A DNA stretch of 64,000 nt from a virus (lineage: Duplodnaviria > Caudoviricetes), in IMG/VR virus record IMGVR_UViG_2830161386_000001, positions 1 to 64,000 of that record; one strand, 5' to 3'. The notes beneath the pieces were generated by a model that saw nothing but the letters and a program-made list of their open reading frames with translations, had not been told where the DNA came from and searched no databases. The translations under genes were made by a program, and so were the position numbers. Numbering within the stretch: the first letter of the stretch is position 1; each line of letters opens with the position of its first letter. Positions 57,052 through 64,000 of the stretch are shown here, piece by piece.

Positions 57052-57441
57052 TTAGTGGGCGGCGATGTCCCCGAACTGCTCCTGCGCTTTTTTCTCTTCT
57101 TGGCGCTCTTTGAGAATTTCGGGGTCGAGCTGGAAGTGCTCCGACCAGTCCACGTCTCGGAGGGAGCGGAGGTACTCCGCCTGCTTTTGCTGGCGGGTTT
57201 CGTCTCGCCCCTTGTGGCCGGGCAGAAGCATTTCAAAGACTGTTTCGAGGGTGTCCTCAGGGCTTTCCAGCTCGGAGGCCCCGCCGGCGAACGCCGCCTT
57301 CTTGTACTCGATCTGCCGGCACCGCTGCTCGTGAAAAAGAAGCGCCACCTCCCGAATCGTGCCCGGATGCACCTCGATGTCGTAAAGCCCCCGCTTCATG
57401 AGGCTAAGCCGGTGCCAGCGAAGGGGGGCCGTTAAAAATTT
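57052..57441 (-). CDS. tail assembly chaperone C-terminal extension (gpT-like, -1 frame)
   Basis: Open -1 frame through the slippery heptamer at the end of the upstream gene. Confidence 0.6.
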   Translation of the reverse strand, partial: KFLTAPLRWHRLSLMKRGLYDIEVHPGTIREVALLFHEQRCRQIEYKKAAFAGGASELESPEDTLETVFEMLLPGHKGRDETRQQKQAEYLRSLRDVDWSEHFQLDPEILKERQEEKKAQEQFGDIAAH

Positions 57442-58136
57442 GCGATGCTCCGGTTGGTGGCGTCTTTCACCCGCTCGCGGAAGGCGTTGACCCGCTCCCC
57501 GATTGCATCTAAAACCGGCGTCGGCACCTCCATGCACTCCCGAAACCGCGCTTTCAGGGCGTCGGTGCTGGAAAAAGACTCCCCTGGCGCTGCGCCCGGC
57601 ATCTGCTCCCCCCGGAAATACGAAAGATGCTGGCTTACCAGCATCGGCCCCCGCACCGCTTGCGTGATCGGCTCGTCCTCCCCTAAGGTGTCCTGCAAGA
57701 CGCGCACGACGTTGTGCGTGACGTTCGGGTCGGCGGTCCGGAGGCGAAAGGACGTGGCCCCGAGCTCAAACTCCCGCTCGTAGTGGCCCTCCATGATGAG
57801 CCCGTCTAGGATCTTTTCATCTAGCTCGTTGGGCTCCCGCTCCTCCCCTTCTTTCATCTCCTCCATGATCTCGCGGGGGGTAAAGCCCGCGTCGGTCTCG
57901 GCGATCCGGTAGGTGTCGGCAAACGCCTCCAGGGAGCTGAGGTCCGTTTCCGGGCCCTGCGGGCCCCCGTCCTCCTGTTCAGGTTCGCCCTGAACAGACT
58001 CTTCCTCGCCGTCGGCAGCGCCGCTGGCGGTTTCGCCGGAGGCGCTTTGGGGGCCCTCCCCGTCGTACTCGTCAAGCGGATTGGGGGGCTCGCCAAACGA
58101 GCCGCTGTTTTCATCGGGAGGTCCAAGTTCGGGCAT
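57432..58136 (-). CDS. tail assembly chaperone (gpG-like)
   Basis: Immediately downstream of the tube gene; ends in A AAT TTT TAA. Confidence 0.6.
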   Translation of the reverse strand: MPELGPPDENSGSFGEPPNPLDEYDGEGPQSASGETASGAADGEEESVQGEPEQEDGGPQGPETDLSSLEAFADTYRIAETDAGFTPREIMEEMKEGEEREPNELDEKILDGLIMEGHYEREFELGATSFRLRTADPNVTHNVVRVLQDTLGEDEPITQAVRGPMLVSQHLSYFRGEQMPGAAPGESFSSTDALKARFRECMEVPTPVLDAIGERVNAFRERVKDATNRSIANF

Positions 58137-58192
58137 CTGCTAAAAGAGGTCTATTTCAGGTTTGCTGTGAGATCGCCGTGTCTGCCGGGCCG

Positions 58193-58786
58193 TTACTGCG
58201 GCTGGACGGGAAGCATCTGGTCGAAGAGCAGCTGCACCCCCTCCCCGATAAACGGGCTGTTGGAGGACACCTGCATGTTGTGCGAGACGATAAACGTTCG
58301 CTCGAAGAACACGACGCCGACCGGCTCGTCCTCCAGGTCGCGAAAGACGGCAAACAGGCCGACCGGCTTCGAGAAGAGGCTCGACCCGAGGTTGATCATA
58401 AAGTCGCCGTAGCCCGGCTTGTCGCGGCGCTCGAAGTCCTCGACCGCCTGGCCCTCCTGCCCGAGCTGCGGGGAGAGGACGTTCAAGAGGCTCTCTCCGT
58501 CGAAGAGGACCCGGCTGATGTTCATCGAGTCGTTCGTCCGGCTGGAGGAGATGGTGTAGCGCTGGTTCGACCCGACCTCGTGGACCTGGACGACTTGCCG
58601 CTGCTGATTAAACGACATGTCCTGGGTCAGCGCCACGGCGCGGGCTTGCTGAAGCGCGCTTGGGTTGTAGGTCGGCTCCGGGCTGATCAAAAGCAGCGTC
58701 GACTCGCTGGTGACGAAGTCCTGGCCCGCGACGTCGGTCGCGAGCTTGTTGCCGCGAAAGTCCCAGTCTTGGTAGTTGGTTGGCAT
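58193..58786 (-). CDS. tail tube protein
   Basis: About 197 aa, beta-rich (QQRQVVQVHEVGS...MNISRVLFDG); directly after the sheath gene. Confidence 0.7.
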   Translation of the reverse strand: MPTNYQDWDFRGNKLATDVAGQDFVTSESTLLLISPEPTYNPSALQQARAVALTQDMSFNQQRQVVQVHEVGSNQRYTISSSRTNDSMNISRVLFDGESLLNVLSPQLGQEGQAVEDFERRDKPGYGDFMINLGSSLFSKPVGLFAVFRDLEDEPVGVVFFERTFIVSHNMQVSSNSPFIGEGVQLLFDQMLPVQPQ

Positions 58787-58873
58787 GCTCAAAAAGGGTC
58801 AAAGTGGCCGCCTATGCGGCGGCGAAAGGCATCAATGGGTTGAGGCAGCGCAGGGCGCTCGAAGCGCAGGGTG

Positions 58874-60784
58874 CTACGTAACGATCGTGGCCTCGACCTC
58901 CCCGCGGTTGTACGGGTAGAGGTGGCGAGCGGTCACTTCGTAGATCACGGTGTCCGGGTTCTCCTCGCTCTGCCGCACGTCCTCGACCGAGACGTTCTGG
59001 TAGCGGTAGTGCTCGGACTGGGGATCCGACAGGGTCGTCGCGATCTCCGAGGCCTGAAGCCCCAGCAGGTCGAGGGTCCGGCCGCTGATCCGGAAGTCGC
59101 GGAGGCCCTCGCTCAATTCGTTCCGGAAGAACCGGGAGAGGTAGTCCCGCTCCACAACCAGAATGGCCTCCATGCGCTCCACGGCCGAGGCGTCGGTCGT
59201 GACCGTCCGGAGCGTGTTGACCGGCTCGCCGTCGCGGTCGTTGGCTAGGATGGTCCACCCGGCGGACACAATCTCCTCCAGCTCACTCGGGGTAAAGAAG
59301 CCGGAGCTCCGGAAGACCTGTTCCGTCGAGTCTCGGAGCTGGAAAAACGGCTCGACGCCGGGGGCGGCGCCGGCCGGCTCTTCCCCGGTGCGGCAAAACT
59401 CCGCCGCAAGCTGGGCGGCGGCGTAGTGGCTCGGAACGTCGATCCCCGCGTCCATATCGCCAACGAAGTTCGGCATGACCAGCACCACGCGCTCGTTTTC
59501 GATCGAACGGGCCTTTGCCTTGTGCAGGTCAATAAATTCGGTCCGCTCGGTGGCCGGGTCGATAACGCGAATGGCCTGCCAGGGGCGACTGTCTACCGGG
59601 TTGGCGCCGCCGGCATCGACCTCAATCACGTTTTCGTGCTGGGGGATCGGAAGCGCCTGAATCGTGGCCTCAACGGTCGAGCCGTCGTCGGCCTGAAACT
59701 CAATTCGGTCGTCGCTCTCCAGGGCGCGGGTCGGCGGGGAGATTGCGCTCTCCTCCAGCCCGATCAAAAAGAGGCCGTTGAAGCTAACCGAATAGCTGGT
59801 GCCCCCGAGCGTGACCGTCTCGGCGGTCCCGCTTCCCGAGGGCACGAGCCCCTGGACGTAATACGTCCCGTCGGCGGTTTTCACGATCGTGTATCCGCCG
59901 CGCTCGATCGTGTCGCCGGCCGCCTTGTTGGAGAAGGAGTCGGCCAGGTCGGTGCTCGTGTCGTCCGTGATCGGATACCACGGGGTAAAGCCCCGCCCGC
60001 GGCGCACGACGTCTTCTCCGTCGATTCGGGGCGCGAGCACGGTGAGGCGCTCTTGGTTCCCCCCGGTCGGGTTGCTCATTCGGTTGACGTGGTTTTCGAC
60101 CAGGGAGTGCACCAGCTCGTTGGGCGTGAGCGGCACGACCGTGTAGACGTCCTCTGTCTCCAGGAACTGAAGCACCTCCGAATACGCCCCGGTTACGTTT
60201 TGGACCTGGGCGCTGTACTGCCCCTGCCCGCCGTCGGTTGGGTTCGTGACCGCGACGCCCGCGGCCGCCAGCCCGGAGTACTCCATCGACTGGTACATCG
60301 CGTAGCCAAGCGGGTTGGCCGGCCCGATGCCCGCCTCGCTAAAGAGGCTGGTCAGCTCCTCAAACGATGAAGCGGTGAGAAGCTCCCGCTCGGTTCCGGC
60401 GTACTTGTCGTGCCGGGCGCGGTAGGAGACGTACAGGGCGCCGCTAAACGGGAAGGCGCCCCCGATGTCGAAGTCGCTGGCTGTGACGTTCATCTCGGAG
60501 GTCACGTCCTGCTGGGTCCCGTCTTCGGCCACGAGGGTAAAGGTCGGCGCAAACCGGGAGGTGGTGTCCACCGACAGCTTTTGCGACGGGTCGTTTTCGG
60601 AGCTGGGCAGCCCCGGGTACGGCCACGGGCCGGTGTCGCCCGGCGAAACGTTGGCCACAAACTCTTCCTGAGCGACGTGGTAGTGCTCCCCAATGACGCA
60701 CGGCGTAAGCGCGGGGCTCGTGACCGTAGGCGTCGGCTCCGGGATGTCTACCGAGACAAATACGTCGGGAATTGCAAGGCTCAT
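58874..60784 (-). CDS. contractile tail sheath protein
   Basis: N-terminal PDVFV; HVNRMS....ER; C-terminal RTVTTD...RDY and YPYN..E.T. Confidence 0.8.
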   Translation of the reverse strand: MSLAIPDVFVSVDIPEPTPTVTSPALTPCVIGEHYHVAQEEFVANVSPGDTGPWPYPGLPSSENDPSQKLSVDTTSRFAPTFTLVAEDGTQQDVTSEMNVTASDFDIGGAFPFSGALYVSYRARHDKYAGTERELLTASSFEELTSLFSEAGIGPANPLGYAMYQSMEYSGLAAAGVAVTNPTDGGQGQYSAQVQNVTGAYSEVLQFLETEDVYTVVPLTPNELVHSLVENHVNRMSNPTGGNQERLTVLAPRIDGEDVVRRGRGFTPWYPITDDTSTDLADSFSNKAAGDTIERGGYTIVKTADGTYYVQGLVPSGSGTAETVTLGGTSYSVSFNGLFLIGLEESAISPPTRALESDDRIEFQADDGSTVEATIQALPIPQHENVIEVDAGGANPVDSRPWQAIRVIDPATERTEFIDLHKAKARSIENERVVLVMPNFVGDMDAGIDVPSHYAAAQLAAEFCRTGEEPAGAAPGVEPFFQLRDSTEQVFRSSGFFTPSELEEIVSAGWTILANDRDGEPVNTLRTVTTDASAVERMEAILVVERDYLSRFFRNELSEGLRDFRISGRTLDLLGLQASEIATTLSDPQSEHYRYQNVSVEDVRQSEENPDTVIYEVTARHLYPYNRGEVEATIVT

Positions 60785-60935
60785 AAAGTCGTGTAGTCGA
60801 GGTAGCCGGGGGGCCGGCGTATCGGTAGGTGCAAGTGGCCGCCGTGAAGACGGCATTGAAAAGGTAGTGGCTACATTTCCACTACCGGTGTTCCCCGCCC
60901 TGTGTCCTTATAAAGAAGACTGTGCCACAAAAGGG

Positions 60936-61319
60936 CTACGTGCCGCCCAGCCAGGCAAACACGCCCAGCACGCGGACGACCCCGTAGGCGCACTGGCGGA
61001 GCCACTTCGGGTCTTCCGGGTCCGCGGCAATCGCCGCGTCGGCCACGACCCGCGGCACCGCGTCTTCGGGGCGGTCTTCGATTTCGTCGTAGAGGTAGTC
61101 GTGCAGGGCCATCGCCCGGTGGAGGGCGTAGGGCCGCCCGAGAAGCGAAAGAATCAAGATCGTCTCCGACCACACGCCCGGCTTGCACCGGTAGCCCTCC
61201 GGAATCGTGCGCCGGTAGGTCACGCCCTGATACGTCCACGCGACGGTCGTCTCCTCGTCTACGACTAGGTACTTTCGGTCGTCGGAAATGCGAAACGAGA
61301 GGCCTAGCTTTGAGGGCAT
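60936..61319 (-). CDS. DUF1353-like protein
   Basis: TIPEGY...AMALHDYLY...ADA...YGVVR..G. Confidence 0.7.
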   Translation of the reverse strand: MPSKLGLSFRISDDRKYLVVDEETTVAWTYQGVTYRRTIPEGYRCKPGVWSETILILSLLGRPYALHRAMALHDYLYDEIEDRPEDAVPRVVADAAIAADPEDPKWLRQCAYGVVRVLGVFAWLGGT

Positions 61320-61339
61320 TTGAAGAAGCCTAGACGGTT

Positions 61340-62080
61340 TTAATCAGAGGACTCCGCGTCCTCAAGGGCGCGCCGTACGGTAACCCGGTCTTCGTTTTCG
61401 AAAAACCCGTCCGGCCACACCCCGCTTCCGTATTCCCCGATGAGCTTCCGGAGCGGCTTGGCGTTCATGTCGCTGGAGGTCTCGACACCGTCTTCAACCG
61501 CGCCCATTTCCTGAAGGGTAGCTAAGATGTTTTCTTGCTCGGCGCCGCCCTCTTCCGAGGCCTCTTCCGCCGAAGCGTTTTCGGCGCCGGCGCTTTCAGT
61601 AGAGGCGCCCTGGCTCTCGTCTTCTTCGGTCGCCGTTTCCTCGGCATCAGACTTTTCAATGTCAGTATCCTCGGCATCAGTCTCCTCGGTAGCAGCCTCT
61701 TCAGTAACAGCTTCCTCAGTAGCACCCTCTTCAGAAACCGCCTCTTCCTCGCCCTGACTTGTTTCGGGGGCCGTTTCTACAAGGCCAAGCACCTCTTCTT
61801 TCTTTCGGACCCGGCCGTCTACGTTGCTTGTCACGGACGTTTGCGTGCTGCTTTCGATTTTGAGGCCCCGCTCCCGCAGGGTGCGCTCGGTCACCATCGC
61901 TCCGCTCTCCCGGTGCACGCGAAGGTCCCCGGACCGGATGCCCTTCAGCACATCGGAGGTCAGCTCCTCGACCTGCATCGTGTCGGTCGGGTAGAGGCGG
62001 GTGCCGCTGACGTTTAGCACGCGCCGGTCCGAGGGGCTACCGGGCGTGGAGGCTTGGGTCGTGTTTTGAACGGTAAACAT
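61340..62080 (-). CDS. acidic low-complexity protein
   Basis: Central EEA(V/A)T repeats. Confidence 0.65.
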   Translation of the reverse strand: MFTVQNTTQASTPGSPSDRRVLNVSGTRLYPTDTMQVEELTSDVLKGIRSGDLRVHRESGAMVTERTLRERGLKIESSTQTSVTSNVDGRVRKKEEVLGLVETAPETSQGEEEAVSEEGATEEAVTEEAATEETDAEDTDIEKSDAEETATEEDESQGASTESAGAENASAEEASEEGGAEQENILATLQEMGAVEDGVETSSDMNAKPLRKLIGEYGSGVWPDGFFENEDRVTVRRALEDAESSD

Positions 62081-62122
62081 ATCAGGTCGTAAGGGGTCGT
62101 GATTTGTTCACGTGAGCCGCCG

Positions 62123-62138
62123 AGTCCCAGCTGGGACT
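62123..62138. repeat. 16-bp palindrome, copy 8
   Basis: Exact copy, intergenic. Confidence 0.95.
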
Positions 62139-62222
62139 GGCGTTTGTTTCTGTTTTTTAACCTATGAAGCCCTCGCCCGGCCGTTGATGCGCTTTGGGCG
62201 CGGGCTTTCGGCCCCGCCTCCT

Positions 62223-62936
62223 TCAGCTCACCTTATCCGCCACGGCGCGGGCGGAGGACCCCTGCTCGACAAACTTTAGGATCAGGTTCTGCCGCAGGTC
62301 GTGGCCCTTTCGCTTCGTGGGCCGCCGCTTGACGACGCGAAACACCTCCCGGTCTCGGTCCCGGACCAGGTGGTCTCCGATGTCGACTTCGGGGTAGGCG
62401 CCGGTCCATGCCTTGAGCTGAAGGGTCTCGATTTCCCCGCCCTGCGTTTCTTTTGGCTCCGGCTCCCCGGCCCCGATGCACGCCCGAAAAGAAATAGGCG
62501 CGGACCACCCGCCGATGTATCCGTTGCCCCCGCACGTGTCGCAATCCGACCGCTTGCGCACCCGGCGCACCTCGTCCCAGCAATCCGGGCAGCGCTCCCC
62601 CTCTTTTTCCTCGAAGAGATGCATCTTTTCCCCGACCCGCCGGAGGTGGCGCTCCGTTTGGCGGCGGATGTGGGCGGTCTTGTGGCCGACCGGCGGCCCC
62701 GGCGCGACCGGCCCAAGGGTTTTTCCCTGAGCCTCGACTTGGTAGTAGGTTTCGTCCCGCCGGCCTTTTTTTGGCGGGGTGTCTACGTACCGGCTTACGT
62801 TTTGCAGGCTGGCAATCTCCTCAAACCCGCCGGACTGCCGCGCCGAGCGCTTTACAACCGCGTCTGTGACGGCGCCCCACCGCAGGACGATGCGGCGGCG
62901 GTCTAAAACCTGCGCGTCGAGATCGAGGCCAGGCAC
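62223..62936 (-). CDS. putative neck/head-closure protein with Zn-finger
   Basis: FN3-like N-terminus; CPDCWD...CDTCGGNGYIGG; GDHLVR; located upstream of the sheath gene. Confidence 0.6.
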   Translation of the reverse strand: MPGLDLDAQVLDRRRIVLRWGAVTDAVVKRSARQSGGFEEIASLQNVSRYVDTPPKKGRRDETYYQVEAQGKTLGPVAPGPPVGHKTAHIRRQTERHLRRVGEKMHLFEEKEGERCPDCWDEVRRVRKRSDCDTCGGNGYIGGWSAPISFRACIGAGEPEPKETQGGEIETLQLKAWTGAYPEVDIGDHLVRDRDREVFRVVKRRPTKRKGHDLRQNLILKFVEQGSSARAVADKVS

Positions 62937-63008
62937 GTCGCTCCGTGAAAGCTAGTAGCCGGGCGTCCCGGCAAAGAGGCGTGCAAAGAAGAGGCGGTGC
63001 AGAAGGGG

Positions 63009-63803
63009 TTAGTGGAGGTGGTCCCCAAACGCTCCGTTGCCGTAGCGCTCGTCGATGGACATCCCGCCCCAATAGCGCTGGGCGTTGGAGGCGGCTTTGT
63101 ACTTCTGCTTTTTCTTCTCGTACTCCGCGTTGAGGCGCTGGGCGAACTGCATAAAGGCCGGGGCGTGGGAGTTCTCCTCCGCCGAGAAGCCCTGGTCGGA
63201 GTAGCTGTATTGGTTTCGCCCCTCGGATTGGGCGGCAGACCGGAGCGTCTCAACCGCCGTCTTTTGGTAGAGAAGCCGCCGGGCCTCGACCGGGAACTGG
63301 TCTAGGTCGTGGCTGGTGTGGGGCTGGGTGGAGTTCCAGTCCGAGAGGGCCGAGCGGACCGCCCGGCGCATGTCATCGAAACTCGACTGAAGCTCCCCGA
63401 AGTTCAGCTCGTTGTCCGAGGGCCGGTCCCGGAGAAACTGCCGGGCCATAAACGCGGCGCGCCGCATCGAGAGGTCCTCCGGCTCCGCGTAGATGTCGCC
63501 TACTGGCAGGGTGTATCCCCGCTTGAGCACAAGCCCGTCGCTGGTGTCGATGGTGGCGGTTACGCGGTAAAACGTCCCGCTCTCCCCAGCCCCAACGATG
63601 GCCTCTGTAGACCCGCCGGCGGCCGATACAGACCCGAAAGAAAGGTCTCCGGCGGGGTCTCCGGCCCAGCTGGCCGAGCTGATCTGGTCGGTGTCCGCCA
63701 ATCGGTCGGAGAAGTCGATCTCGTGGCGGACCTTTTCGTCGGGGTCTTTGCGGGGCGCGTGGGCCCAGTTCGAAAACTCTTCGCCTCCAAATACAGCGGG
63801 CAT
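63009..63803 (-). CDS. putative head-tail adaptor with N-terminal Ig-like (KDP..) domain
   Basis: KDPDEK..HEIDFS beta domain followed by helical RQFLRD...RNQYSYSDQG. Confidence 0.55.
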   Translation of the reverse strand: MPAVFGGEEFSNWAHAPRKDPDEKVRHEIDFSDRLADTDQISSASWAGDPAGDLSFGSVSAAGGSTEAIVGAGESGTFYRVTATIDTSDGLVLKRGYTLPVGDIYAEPEDLSMRRAAFMARQFLRDRPSDNELNFGELQSSFDDMRRAVRSALSDWNSTQPHTSHDLDQFPVEARRLLYQKTAVETLRSAAQSEGRNQYSYSDQGFSAEENSHAPAFMQFAQRLNAEYEKKKQKYKAASNAQRYWGGMSIDERYGNGAFGDHLH

Positions 63804-63826
63804 TGTATAGGAAAACCTAATTCGTT

Positions 63827-63842
63827 AGTCCCAGCTGGGACT
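63827..63842. repeat. 16-bp palindrome, copy 9
   Basis: Exact copy about 24 bp upstream of a start codon. Confidence 0.95.
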
Positions 63843-63861
63843 GAGCCCCGTTTCGGGGGAG

Positions 63862-63999
63862 TTACTCAAACACAGGAAGGTCGCCAGCAGGCCTCGCGTC
63901 GAGAACGGTAATGCCGCTTAGGCCCTCCAGCACCGACGGGTCCTCGGTCCGGATCGCCCCGACTTTTCGTCCGTCGAGCGTGCCGCCGGTAAAAGCCTC
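63862..63999 (-). CDS. 3' end of a gene running off the window
   Basis: Open frame EAFTGG...DLPVFE* ending at TAA 63862-63864. Confidence 0.5.
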   Translation of the reverse strand, partial: EAFTGGTLDGRKVGAIRTEDPSVLEGLSGITVLDARPAGDLPVFE

Positions 64000-64000
64000 C

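Noticed and set aside
4757-63842. Palindrome copies as a CRISPR array or as terminators
   Set aside because: The copies are kilobases apart with no repeat-spacer periodicity, and they have no loop or U-tract.
50-63911. Many long plus-strand ORFs (e.g. 10438-12033, 29042-30763, 41811-42950, 59426-60370)
   Set aside because: They are antisense shadows of well-supported minus-strand genes, expected at high GC, and carry no recognisable motifs.
1-64000. tRNA/rRNA genes, integrase, reverse transcriptase/DGR, terminase, major capsid protein
   Set aside because: None was recognised by eye in this window. A tRNAscan or HMM search would be needed to exclude divergent cases.

Overview
This window is a 64 kb segment of a large tailed dsDNA phage with a contractile tail (myovirus type). 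It is GC-rich with mostly very acidic proteins, which suggests a halophilic bacterial host; Salinibacter/Rhodothermota is an inference. Nearly all genes are on the minus strand. The left part (1-19 kb) encodes an rIIA-like GHKL ATPase, an AEP primase, a resolvase, GroES, DnaB/DnaC, an SSB-like protein, a Gp3-like protein, a PD-(D/E)xK exonuclease and a MoxR/VWA pair. The middle (19-29 kb) holds orphan genes, a plus-strand tape-measure-like gene, a SleB-type hydrolase, a dNMP kinase and an AT-rich candidate origin. The right part (29-64 kb) is the morphogenesis region: portal, baseplate, hub with a lysozyme domain, tail chaperone, tube, sheath and neck, with a sigma-70-family gene embedded in it. 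The most notable non-coding signals are: (1) the 16-bp palindrome AGTCCCAGCTGGGACT dispersed at 9 sites with shuffled flanking arms; (2) a 29-bp motif, GCAAnnnTnGCnnnCAnnTnnGCACCATA, heading four terminator-bounded orphan-gene cassettes; (3) a -1 slippery site at the end of the tail chaperone gene; and (4) a highly structured intergenic region after dnaB. All calls come from reading motifs by eye; no searches were run.
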